Assembly (NCBI GenBank): GCA_046563655.1
Contig: CM102286.1
Location: 15,376,001-15,440,000, forward strand
From: Yuukianura sp. NJ FZ-2021
Taxonomy: Eukaryota
DNA: 64,000 nucleotides
Direction of reading: 5' to 3'
Shown here piece after piece: positions 11,392 through 23,856 of this stretch. Each line of letters begins with the position of its first letter. The stretch's first letter is position 1. The position numbers and the translations under genes are program-made. The notes under the pieces were generated by a model. The model was not told where the DNA came from, made no database searches, and worked only from the letters and a program-made list of their open reading frames with translations.

Positions 11392-14300
11392 TTAATTATT
11401 TGTTGCCCAGTAGGATGACCATTTACTGGAGTTGACGGTCTGGCCGTGTCTGCAATACAAACAAGTTTTCGAAGATCATGAATCTAGCGGTAAACAAACA
11501 GTTTTGAGTAGTAGTACATACACGTTTCTTAGGTCTTCCAGAAGCCTTTTTCGTTTTGGTAGCAACAACCTTCTGCCTAGCCGGTCTATCACGGCCCCGA
11601 CTGGTAGCTCCACCAACGTTTCGCCCTTGAAATAATAATTTTACATGATTGCACAAAAATTTAGGAAATTAATTTAGGTTGATATATTATCATCGCTTAC
11701 AACCTAGCAACGTTTACATACTTCTTTATCAAAATTTAATATTAACCTGTGCCATTTCCCCTGCGCCGTGGTGCGACCGCCTTCGCCTTGCGTTTTCGCC
11801 CTGTTCATAAATATACGTTTCCTAAAATCTCGTTCTTCTTTCATTCAAATAGTTTTTAGATTATCTTACGCTGCTGTAAAGGTCGGCCAGCAAGGCTTGA
11901 CGGTCCAGCAGCTTCAAACTCCTGGCGGCGAAACACCGGTTCCACTGGTGGATTCTCAACATTATTGTCAAGTACTAGCATACGAAAAATGTCGAAATAA
12001 TTAATGTTTACTTTACTGTTATTAGGGTTAGTTAACATACGTTCTGCTCTGTGTCCGCCTAAATCGCCTCTTCGTTGTGGAATTACCACTCGCTCCAGTC
12101 GCAATACAACTAAAAAACCAACACAAATTTATAAACCTTGGAAATGCTTACTTTGACGAAACGAGATTACACGGTCGTATTAGATTACCTTCTTTGTCGA
12201 TTCTTGGTCTTTTGGAAGTTCCTAAGTTTACAACAAAATACTTTGGTTAATCTATGATAGGTTTTTTCTAGCTAATCTTACGCTTCTTTGGAGGTGCTGC
12301 TTCTCCGGAGACTCGTTGCAGATTTATCATCACTGAAATAATGCAAGAACCTAGGTACTTATCTTTTGAAACAAAAAATTTAAATAAAAGTAAATTTATA
12401 CCTTGTTTGGGGCATAGTTGCATCAGCTCTATATTTTGAATAAGAAAATAATTTGTAGTTACTCAACACACAGTTATAATTATTCTTTGCTTACCCTGTT
12501 CCTTGCGACGTTGTCCCCTCTTAGTTGGTGTTGATCTACAATCAAAACTAGCATTAACCTTTTTCACTTGCAGGAGTAAATAACAAAGTTAGGAACAAAC
12601 AAAAATTTCAGGCTTGAAATGCAACGCATTTCATGTACATGGACTTTTGCCAAAAAACCAACAAAACTCAAAACAACATATAAATTTGAAGAAACATTGG
12701 TAATTCTTTGCCAAAATCGTTGCAATACAGGTACTTTGATACAATTACAAGGGGTTCAAATGTGAACCGTTTGACTTTAGTCAGGCAAAGCATTTCCCAA
12801 CAAACAAACAATGATACAACGATTATCGATGATTCAGGTTAATATCGATAATATTGACTCGGTGTATAACAAATCCCATCACTTGTAATTTTCCTATTAA
12901 TTAAACTTGAATTAGCTTTCAACATTTGATTTTGTGAATAAAATCACTAATGTCAAATCCATATACCAAACACAATCTCTATGCACAATTCTAAAATTGT
13001 AGCACGCGTACCTTTTTTGCTTGGGAACGCCTGAAGAACTAGGCTGCGACGAGCCTTCTCCAGCAGGCAAAGCAAATGCGACTCTAAATTAAATACACAA
13101 AACAATCAGCACTTATATCACTCTCCAGAACAAGATTACACGTAGCCTTTGTTTCCAACGCTCCATTTTTTAATATGTAACCCAACCCGTTCTAACTTTA
13201 CCTTTTACTCGGAATGGTAAAATGAGACATGATTGCTTACCTCTTTTGTGGGGCCGCGGTTGGTGACCTAAACAACATTATATAAATTATATTTTTCGCT
13301 AAATTATGTAATCCTGCGGTAGGAGTATTTTGAATTCATTCTTCAAGTTTCAATCAATAAAAATTTAGTTTTACCGTATTGCTCTTCTACGAAACCTTCT
13401 AGGAATGAGAGGCGCATCTTCCTCAGAACTTCCAAAAATAAAACCAATGTTTGTTAAATATTTTACTACAGCAGTCACCTATCATTCTTATTAAGGAATT
13501 GCTAAAAATCGAATAATTAAAAAATTAGCAGTAACATACCTAGGCATCGCCCGTTCGTGGACTGTGAAAAGAAATTCAAAAATAAAACATTATTCATTTG
13601 ACTGCCACATTCTCTTAAACATACCTAGTCTTTGACCAGCAGGCAACAAATCCAAAGCAGCAATAAAGTCAGCCGGCGGGGCTTCAACCTCTAACCTATG
13701 GCCACCTACCAAAACCGCGACTTGTTCTACTATTCCTGTTTCCAAAAAAATACATTATTATGAAACGATTTTATGATTTACAACAAAAAATATTACCTCG
13801 CTCTCCACCTCCTCCCTCCACAACACCACCTTCCACAACTGCCTCATCGCTTGCCACTTCTGTTTCCAAAAAAATACATTATTATGAAACGATTTTATGA
13901 TTTACAACAAAAAATATTACCTTGCTCTCCACCTCCTCCCTCCACAACACCACCTTCCACAACTGCCTCATCGCTTGCCACTTCTGTTTCCAAAAAAATA
14001 CATTATTATGAAACGATTTTATGATTTACAACAAAAAATATTACCTTGCTCTCCACCTCCTCCCTCCACAACACCACCTTCCACAACTGCCTCATCGCTT
14101 GCCACTTCTGTTTCCAAAAAAATACATTATTATGAAACGATTTTATGATTTACAACAAAAAATATTACCTTGCTCTCCACCTCCTCCCTCAACAATACCA
14201 CCTTCCACAACTGCCTCATCGCTTGCCACTTCTGTTTCCAAAAAAATACATTATTATGAAACGATTTTATGATTTACAACAAAAAATATTACCTTGCTCT

Positions 14301-15355
14301 CCACCTCCTCCCTCCACAACACCACCTTCCACAACTGCCTCATCGCTTGCCACTTCTGTTTCCAAAAAAATACATTATTATGAAACGATTTTATGATTTA
14401 CAACAAAAAATATTACCTTGCTCTCCACCTCCTCCCTCCACAACACCACCTTCCACAACTGCCTCATCGCTTGCCACTTCTGTTTCCAAAAAAATACATT
14501 ATTATGAAACGATTTTATGATTTACAACAAAAAATATTACCTTGCTCTCCACCTCCTCCCTCCACAACACCACCTTCCACAACTGCCTCATCGCTTGCCA
14601 CTTCTGTTTCCAAAAAAATACATTATTATGAAACGATTTTATGATTTACAACAAAAAATATTACCTTGCTCTCCACCTCCTCCCTCCACAACACCACCTT
14701 CCACAACTGCCTCATCGCTTGCCACTTCTGTTTCCAAAAAAATACATTATTATGAAACGATTTTATGATTTACAACAAAAAATATTACCTTGCTCTCCAC
14801 CTCCTCCCTCCACAACACCACCTTCCACAACTGCCTCATCGCTTGCCACTTCTGTTTCCAAAAAAAATACATTATTATGAAACGATTTTATGATTTACAA
14901 CAAAAAATATTACCTTGCTCTCCACCTCCTCCCTCCACAACACCACCTTCCACAACTGCCTCATCGCTTGCCACTTCTGTTTCCAAAAAAATACATTATT
15001 ATGAAACGATTTTATGATTTACAACAAAAAATATTACCTTGCTCTCCACCTCCTCCCTCCACAACACCACCTTCCACAACTGCCTCATCGCTTGCCACTT
15101 CTGTTTCCAAAAAAATAAATTATTTTTAAACAATTTACAATACAAACATTATTACCGTCTCCTGCAGCCTCTTCCACCCTAAGAATTCCGCCAACAACTT
15201 CTACTTCATCCTCCTCTCCTCCTGTTCCCAAAAACAACATATATTATTATTATTACACAATTTCATGGTATGTTATGCTAATATTCTAACCAGCAATAAT
15301 CTCATTCACAACCAGAACTTCATCGACAACTTCCATTGGGCTTACACCATCATCT
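11392..15355 (-). CDS. Low-complexity protein encoded by many micro-exons, including 11 tandem 63-bp exons (start not resolved, probably near 15990)
   Basis: Minus-strand GT-AG exons at 15355-15291, 15221-15156, 11 x 63 bp (15100-13797), 13735-13625, then 20-110 bp exons down to ...GHPTGQQNN* (TAA 11394-11392), followed by AATAAA at ~11370. Confidence 0.7.
13736..15115 (-). repeat. 124-bp tandem repeat x11 = 63-bp exon + 61-bp intron
   Basis: Units at 13797, 13921, 14045 ... 15038. The minus strand reads gtaatatt...ggaaacag|aa gtg gca agc gat gag ... gag caa g. Confidence 0.95.
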
Positions 15356-16096
15356 CTGAAATTAAAACAAAAAAAATTTATAACCTAACCTAACTGAATA
15401 TAGCCCTAATTTGAAAAAGTGGATATCCAAGTCAGTCAAACTAACGATTAATTAGGCATTCCACTTTCATACTGTTTCATACTTTTAAAATTCTTTCAAA
15501 CATTAAAGTCGATTCGTTTAAATATATTTCAGTTAGGAAATTAAAATTCTGCATAGGCTTATATGAAACAAACCATTCCGCCAATTGACTCACTAATAAG
15601 TGAATTTGTTCCCAAATAAAAGTTTTCTAGAACAACATAATTTGGAACATTATATTTTAAATTAAATTGTCCAAAATTATATTGTCTTTCAGTTCTACTT
15701 TCACTTTTCTGAATATCCAATGGAAGAAATGGGCTTCCGCGTCGGATCATATAAAAAATCAAAAATGATTCACGAGATTGAAAAATAATTAATTGAAAAA
15801 TTTCAATATTTTCCACGACACCATTTGTTTCACTTTATACTTAGAATATTTAGTCATCCATTAATTTTTTACAACAGTAACATTCAATTTACTCAATTCA
15901 ATACAATAACTGAGCATTATGTTATGCAAATCGAAATGCGAAAAATTAATTCCTTTACATTTAACCATTTCGTCCAATTTCTTCCATTGAATATCCAGTT
16001 GTAGCTGAAAAGTCGAGAGTTTAAATCCAACAAATCTCCCTCTGAGTCAATGTCTCACGGACTCAGCGAAACGTCTTGTAACCATATTTGGTAATT

Positions 16097-16626
16097 GAGA
16101 GAGGCCACTCAAATAGGAGCGCCCCGCGACTCCAAAAAATTCCACTACAACGTTCAAAAAAAGTAAACCAATTCCGTTTCATATGAACTCCGCTCCGCTC
16201 CTAGCGGTAATAAAACTTTAATGACCGCTCAATTGTCTCGCTCTTACATAGAAAAAGTGTTTGGAGCTTATTCATCAAAAAACTTATTCGTTCATCTTCC
16301 CAAAAAAAAAAAACAAAAAAGAAGTGCTCAAGACCGATCCCAGCCTCCGATCCCCATTTTTCCATCAAAATTCAGCTCCCGCTCCTCCGATCCCCCACCT
16401 TTTTCGCCCACCTATCGCTACCGCTCCACCGATCCCAGATTTTTCAGCCCACCCCTCTGCTGTTCCGATCCCCGATATTTCCAAGCGAGCCTCCGCTCCT
16501 CTGAACCACATTAATGCGAGCGGAGATCGGGGATTGAACAGATCGGGGAGCGGGGATTGAAAAGTGCCGAGCTTTGCAAACCGCTCCTTTATTTTTTCAT
16601 TGCTCTCACAAGAGCGGCTCTCTCTC
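16097..16626. mobile_element. Non-autonomous DNA transposon, Sola-like (GAG termini, AATT TSD)
   Basis: aatt|gagagaggccactc ... gagcggctctctc|aatt, with internal cgctcc/ccgatccc subrepeats in both orientations. Confidence 0.55.
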
Positions 16627-17167
16627 AATTCCCACTTTCATTTTTCAACGTTTAGAAATTCTTTAACGAACCTTTCCACCTTTGTACGGGCTACTCAGGT
16701 TCCACACCAATCCACACAATTTTTAATTTTAATTTGCGTAGAAACCTACACCAAATATTATAAACTTAACCTACATCTAATCAAATTAACAGTTACATAA
16801 AAACATTAATAAAGCACTAAATCTAAAGTTAAAATTATACATAATAATTACAGTTTAGATATTAAAATATAAAAAAAAACCAACTAATTGACTTTGACTA
16901 ATTAATTGATCCCTCAACACTTAATGTTCCAATTTGTTCTTTGGGCTTGCAGGGCCGTGGTGTAGATATGCGATGCTTTGGGTGGGCTGTTAGTGGCCTA
17001 TTCCACACTTCGCCATGTATTCTCCATTCAGACGAATCCCAATCACTTCCGAATCTCAGTCACAGTCTTCATTCATCTGAAAAAAACAACAAAAACTTAG
17101 GTTTACCTTTTAGCTAAAAGTAGGTAAGGTTAGGTCCACAAATTCATGAGTAATTGGATGGACTTAC

Positions 17168-17277
17168 TTCTTATCAAAGGCATGTGTCTGCACAAGGCGG
17201 TGGTTGAGTACAATGTCTACTCCACTCTCCACTCCGGACTCTGCTCCCTCATGTTCCTGCGATAGATTTGACCCAAC
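17168..17277 (-). pseudogene. Tctp: TCTP (translationally controlled tumour protein) exon fragment
   Basis: Minus-strand translation VGSNLSQEHEGAESGVESGVDIVLNHRLVQTHAFDKK matches the TCTP signature (VESGVDIVLNHRL). Ends at a gtaagt donor. Confidence 0.8.
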
Positions 17278-17329
17278 ATAAATTCAAAAATTATACATTG
17301 TTTGTTTTTCTAATTTTTTTTTAAAACCT

Positions 17330-20068
17330 ACTTTACGATCCAGCGAGTCGATTTTTTCTGCAATACTTCGGATAGTTAGAACTGGAGGCTGCGAAAGATC
17401 AACTTCTGCTTGTTCTTTGAACATTTTGGCTTTCCATTCCTGCGTTTCCTTCACAACTTTGCCCAGAGCGGACAATTCAACTTCCGTAAAGTACTGGAGA
17501 TCTTCTGGTAACTTTTTAGAACTATCCAGGAAAGTCGTGCTCAGATTCAGCATTTGTTCATGAGCTTCTAAAGCATCCGGTCTCTCCTTGTGTTCTCTCA
17601 CACGGTCCATAAAGTCTTTGGTCAAAGACGGACTTTTCAGCTTCAAATCCATCTTCATAGAGCCAGTCGGAAGTCTGAAAACAAAAATTTTTGTATATTT
17701 GTTATCTTAGATTTTTATATCCAAAATTACCTCTGAGCAAAAAGCGGCAATTTTCTCTTTCTCTTGTTCAGTCAAAAACATTTCAAAGTCGGGAGAAGTC
17801 GTTTTGTCCTGCATGTCCGAAACGAAGCTTTCCAGTGAATTTCTTGCTTTTTCTCGCAGCGCCTTAGCCTTGTCAATTTCATCCAAATTCTTCAACCTAT
17901 TTCAAAAAAGTACATCACTAAAATTGTCGAATTTCAGTACATTTTTGAAAATTGAAAGTACTTTTGTGCCGAGGTTTGAAACTTCTCTCCTTGGAGTGGC
18001 AGTACATCGAGCATGGACGTCTCGACGTCAATCGCTTCCTTGATCACGACCAACTTGGATTTCTTTTCAGTGACCTTGTCCTTCTCGGGCGCTTTTGACT
18101 CGTTCTTAGCTCCATCTACTTTGTCTTCTCCAGTTTTAGCTTTCGAATCGGTTTCAGTGTCATTGTCTTTGCTTCCTTCCTCTTACTTTCCTCACTTCCA
18201 GCATTCTCAGACTGTTCACTGCTCTCTCCGTCTTTAGGCTCAGTTTGTGCCGGAATTTCATCTCCACTTCCTGAAAAACGAACAGTTTCAATCAAAATCT
18301 AAGTCAAATACTTAATTTTACCGCTCATTTCGAAACTAACCTGAAAACAACTTGCTAAAAGCTGATCCCAGTTTAGAAAGTGTGTCCTCTTCTGGAGCGG
18401 CAACTGTTTCCACGGTTGCGTTCTTTTCAAATACAGATTCGACTAGAGTGAGACTGATGATTCCGTTTTCGTCCAAATTGAAATGTGCTTTGACTCCTTC
18501 CACTTCAATACCATCGCCGATATTCTTCTGCAGTGCTGCTCCAACTCCTTTCATATTCACCTTGGTAATATTAGGACTTCCGATGGCACTAAAAATAACA
18601 AAATCAAAATCAGCTGATATTTAAATTAACAACTTCAAAGTGAATCTTACTTGGCTTCGTGTGCTGGGACTTGTAACTCGCCGTAGCTGACGTAGAAGCT
18701 AAAGTCGTCAACATGCTTGTTGAATGTCAAGATCTTCTGCGAATAAGGATTCATGTAAGAAAAGAGAGTTCGACGAACAATCTTGACTGGTCGGGCGGCT
18801 TCGTCTTCTCCTTTCAGTTCCCGCTCAAAATCGAACTGCAAAAGAAACAGTTCATGAGTTGTGACTAATTTCAGCGATTTGTGTTAAACTTTCAGCGATT
18901 TGTTTTAAAAACTTACCAAAATGGGAAAGAGAACAGCATCTTTGGTCAAGAACTTTTTGACTTTGAATCCAGAGCTCAGATCAGCTGCTTTGTGAACGGC
19001 ACCCATCGCCGCTGCCTCGTCCGTATTCAGACTCTTTCCCAATTCTCGTTTCAAAACTTCAGTCAGTTTCTCTTGGACTTTGGGTTAGTAAAAACATCAG
19101 TTTTGGTCTTCTTTAAGTCGTTGAAAGCCTTGCCCAGAACATCTCTCAATCGAAGTTGCATTTCCAGACCTCCGAGTGTTCGATCGTATCTGAAACGAAA
19201 GGAATCAGCTGATCAACTTATTTCTAAAAACACGCTGTTCGCAGTGTAATTTCAAATTCTAGACTTACCCAACACCAAGAATCGTCAACTGTGGATTAGT
19301 TTCTACTACTCCCTTCTCCTTAGTTTTGGTCATCTGATAGCTGATTACTGTAGCCACTGTACTAGATGCTCCCATGTCATACAAAAGAAGGCGCTGCGGA
19401 GTCTCGTTGAAGTCTTTTCAACAAAAAATACAATAGTTCAAAGCACCTAACAACATTCAAGTGTATTAAAAACGACATTCCGACGAATAAAATTATCAAA
19501 ATTCAAATATTTTGTGAGAGATTACTGACCGTGGTTGCGTTTATGAGCTGGAGAACCTTGATATCCGCCAATTCGGCTGCGTGCAGAACTGCTCGTCTTT
19601 CGGCCTGGTTGAAATAAGGTGGAACGGTGATGACTGCTTCCTTAACTGGTTGACTGGCAAACTCTTGAGCATAGTCACGAGCTTGGCTTAGAATCATTCC
19701 AAGGAGTTCTTCAGGCGAATAAAACGTTTCACTGCAAACAGATGAAACAGTAATTAATAATTAATCATCAATCAGCTGTTATCGGTTTAAGTTACGGTAC
19801 CTGTCATGTTGAAAAAGAACTGTCCCACGCTCAGGGTCAGGAACTAAGTTGTACTAAGGAAATCTCTTTTGATAAAGCTCTACAATTGGATTATCAATCT
19901 TTTTTCCCAAGAGATCCAAGTAGTAAATGTAACCATTGGATGGGAAACGAACTGCTACGTTCAGTGCATCTTCCCCAATCAGTCGCTCATTGTCACGGAA
20001 CGATACTGCAACTGGTGTCTTCCGCATTGACTCCTTATTCAAAACGATTTCCATGGGCACTCCTGGCT
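17330..20068 (-). pseudogene. HYOU1: HYOU1/Grp170 (ER Hsp70-family) pseudogene, truncated at both ends
   Basis: [21 protein letters not shown]..., VITVPPYFNQAERRA, KAHFNLDENGII, DWLYEDG...RVREHKERP. In-frame TAG at 19854-19856, missing ATPase exons near 19.1 kb, frameshift after ..AEKSVF (~17620). No signal-peptide exon and no KDEL tail. Confidence 0.88.
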
Positions 20069-20185
20069 ATAATAAAACGTATTAAGAGTCCAGCATCCTC
20101 CTCCCCTTGTCCACTTCATCCGCAACTCCTGTTTTCAAATTAACAACTAAAATGGGATTTAGAAACTTCAATTAAGATCTCTTAC

Positions 20186-20708
20186 CCGATTTTTGGATTG
20201 TGTTTCCTGGGATTCGTTACTGTAGTGCATTTGGAAAAGAGTTTCTTCACATCCTCTCTAGTCGCATCTGCATGAATGTTCGTCACGTAGAGACAAAATG
20301 GGTCAATGTGCTCAGGGTTATTCGTCACACGCGTGTCACTGTCCAGTTTCTTCTCCACTTTAGAATAAAAACAAAGTTAGATAACTATCAACCCAAGCAA
20401 AGAAATAAAGATACTTGGATGTTTTAGAATGAACTGGAAGTGTTTACTTACGGTGATATTTGAACCAGCGAATTTGACTTTCTTCAACACCTCCACTCCC
20501 TTCTTATGGATTGGGTCCACTTTCGACACCACTGGCTCCATTGGAACTTTTAAAAGTGAGTGGAGGAGCAGAGTTACAAACAGAAAACAATCAATTACTA
20601 ATCGAACAACTGACTTAATCTTATGATGGACACTTCACTTACGCTGGTTTAGTTGCAATTGATCTCCTCTTCTCCTCGGGTTCATCCCTTCGTACCCTAT
20701 TCTCTACC
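20186..20708 (-). pseudogene. Internal fragment (3 exons) of an RRM-containing RNA-binding protein gene
   Basis: Exon 20358-20186 translates EKKLDSDTRVTNNPEHIDPFCLYVTNIHADATREDVKKLFSKC (RNP2-like LYVTNI). The preceding exon ends like an RRM C-terminus (VEVLKKVKFAGSNITV). Confidence 0.6.
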
Positions 20709-20769
20709 CTGTAAAAACAAAACCAATTCAAAAATCATTTGGATTCAATCAGCTGTTGAGGTTAAGTTA

Positions 20770-21613
20770 CCCGGGTAAGAGCGATAGGCTCCTGGTCAGT
20801 TGTCCAGAACGAATATGGAGCTGAGGTCATGGGAAATTTTGGACAGATCCTTCGTGTAGGAACCCAAGTCAAGAGTGCAGTGTTGACGGTAGTATCTCGT
20901 CTCCAGTATCCTCCTCCCCTTGTCCACTTCATCCGCAACTCCTGTTTTCAAATTAACAACTTAATTAACTTTATCCTGCTTACAAATTCCACTTTAAATC
21001 CGAATTTAATTTTGAATAAACATACCCGCACCGTAGATCTCCATTGAGGCAGTGAACACGACCAACTCGAACCATTTGGAAACCTACGCAAAGGAAATCA
21101 TTTGTTATCATGCATGTTGTCTTTATGCATTAAAACTTACGACATCCAGGAAGTAGTCGACGTGTGGTCGTTTGTGGACGAAAAACCGAACTGGGTGTCG
21201 CTCAGTCGTCACCTTGAGTATAAAGTCAGCAGGTGCCTCTGGCTTAACGCTTTCCCTAAACAAAGTAGAGATTGATGAAGATGACAATTAAAGGTACGAG
21301 TTCCAGACATTACCTTTGAATTCCATTGTGATGAGAATGGATGAGTGTTTCGTCCACATCCAGTGCAAGCACTTTCCTCCGAACAGCTGACTTTGGATAA
21401 AGGCGACAATGAAATCTCCTCATACTTGACTGCCTCATGCTGAATAATCTAAAAACAATGGAAATAGAGGAGTCAATTAAACAATGTGTTTGGATTTGGT
21501 TCATTTTGGTGCCTTACCTTTTATTGCGTTCTTCTTCATGAAGTAGGTGAGGCAGTTCCAAATCCTGTTAAAAGTATGAGATGTCCAATGGCCACTTCCG
21601 CATATTTCCACAT
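20770..21613 (-). pseudogene. CTDNEP1: CTDNEP1/Dullard phosphatase pseudogene copy 1
   Basis: MWKYAEVA..., [32 protein letters not shown]. 8-bp deletion before the DxDxT motif, in-frame TGA at 20798-20796, last exon missing. Confidence 0.9.
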
Positions 21614-22114
21614 CGCAATGTCAATCTCCAGAAGAAAAGACGATACCACGACCTAACCTGAAAAAACACTTAACCTAACAAACTTAACTAACTTAACTAA
21701 AATTTACATTAAAAATACCCATGCACACATCACACACGCACGTCCAATCGCTTAATTAACTAAAAACTAACTTAACTAACTATAACTTAACCTTAACATA
21801 ATAATAATATTACCCAGCATCTTCTTGGCCCGACATCCTTCCTTTTTCTTTGCTTTTGAAGCTTTAATTAACCAATTAATTAAACAAATTTCCTAAAACC
21901 ACGCTCTCTTCACCGACTCTCACTCCAAACCAAATCCAAAGTTTTTGCAAAAGTACCGTTTTGTAAAAAAAAAAAACAACAGTGAAACTTTGGGCGACTA
22001 AAGACCGGAATTAGCGGATTCATCCGCATCGTAGACGTTTAAGTGTCGCGGTCTTGAATTTGCATGAAAACTCGCACGATGAAATCAGTTTACTTAAAAA
22101 TGTTTAACCTAACC

Positions 22115-23150
22115 TTATTTCGCGCGTAAAAACGCGCGTTGAATTATGTCGCGTGAAAAATTTCACGTCTAAACCATTTCGCGTAAACAAAGGCACAAAT
22201 TAACTCTATTCGCGCGTAAAAACGCGAGTTGAATTATGTCGCGTCAAAAATTTCACGTCTAAACCATTTCGCGTAAACAAAGGCGCAAATTAATTCTATT
22301 CGCGCGTAAAAACTCGCGTTAAATTATTTAGCGTCAAAATTTCACGTTTAACGCATTTCGCGTGAATAAAGGCACAAATTAATTCAGTTCGCGCGTGAAA
22401 AAGTGCGTTAAATTATTTAGCGTCAAAATTTCACGTCTAAACCATTTCGCGTGAATAAAGGCACAAATTAATTCAGTTCGCGCGTGAAAAAGCGCGTTGA
22501 ATTATGTCGCGTAAAAAATTTCACGTCTAAACCATTTCGCGTAAACAAAGGCGCAAATTAATTCTATTCGCGCGTAAAAACTCGCGTTAAATTATTTAGC
22601 GTCAAAATTTCACGTTTAACGCATTTCGCGTGAATAAAGGCACAAATTAATTCAGTTCGCGCGTGAAAAAGTGCGTTAAATTATTTAGCGTCAAAATTTC
22701 ACGTCTAAACCATTTCGCGTGAATAAAGGCACAAATTAATTCAGTTCGCGCGTGAAAAAGCGCGTTGAATTATGTCGCGTAAAAAATTTCACGTCTAAAC
22801 CATTTCGCGTAAACAAAGGCGCAAATTAATTCTATTCGCGCGTAAAAACTCGCGTTAAATTATTTAGCGTCAAAATTTCACGTTTAACGCATTTCGCGTG
22901 AATAAAGGCACAAATTAATTCAGTTCGCGCGTGAAAAAGTGCGTTAAATTATTTAGCGTCAAAATTTCACGTCTAAACCATTTCGCGTGAATAAAGGCAC
23001 AAATTAATTCAGTTCGCGCGTGAAAAAGCGCGTTAAATTATTTAGCGTAAAAATTTCACGTTTAAAGCACTTCACGTGAATAAAGGCGCAAATTAATTCT
23101 ATTCGCGCGTGAGAAAGCGCGTTAAATTATTTAGCGTAAAAAAGGCGCGT
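22115..23150. repeat. CpG-rich 89/90-bp tandem repeat with 268-bp higher-order unit
   Basis: gcgtaaacaa/gcgtgaataa recurs at 22181, 22271, 22360, 22449, 22539...; the 90+89+89 = 268 bp unit repeats. Confidence 0.9.
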
Positions 23151-23856
23151 AGAATTAAAACTACGCAAAAAATTTCATTACAAATGTGCGTTTGAATTAA
23201 CTCAATCCTTTTTCAACTAATCATAAAGTCGCAAACACAAATGACGGGACGTTCGCCGTGTACGAGTATTAGTCGCTCCTATTTGCCTAACAGCTGCGCT
23301 TTAAAAGTGTAAATCGCCGCACCAAACGGTAATATACGAACTTCAATAATATTGTAATAAATAAGCAAAAATGCATTCTTATCCTTTGGTTTTAGGCAAA
23401 ATATTTTAAATTCAGCTTTTATTCATACATTTACTTTTTGCATTAATCATTTTTGACTAAGTTTTGTTCAATTTTTGTTATAAATTCGGCACGCGTATTG
23501 CGCCGCACCTTGAAAACACGGTTGTGTCTGAAAGTTGTATTGGTTGGAATGAGTTTGTACAAACACCGATGTATCCACCATGCGGTGGCTATGCTACGCG
23601 TCTATTTATGTTGCCACTTTAGCCTGTTATTTTTTAAATTAAATTGGTTAAAATTGTTGCCACTACGTTCAGTAGCTAAACTATACCCACAGGGCATGTA
23701 GGGATTGGTTACACTGTGAGACTACAACGATTGTCATTAACCTTTAGTTCAACCCGAAATTGCAAAATCACAACTTTGTTTTTAAAAATTCATGGACCAA
23801 ATTCTGACGACGCCGAAGAAAAGTTGTTAAAAAATCAACAATTTAACTTTTTAATT

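Noticed and set aside
13773..15129. Plus-strand 83-aa repeated ORFs (MIYNKKYY...)
   Set aside because: Antisense to the real exon/intron units. Splice signals are on the minus strand.
16920..17077. Terminal minus-strand exon-like segment after the TCTP fragment
   Set aside because: It has a splice acceptor, but contains stops and I cannot assign it to a family.
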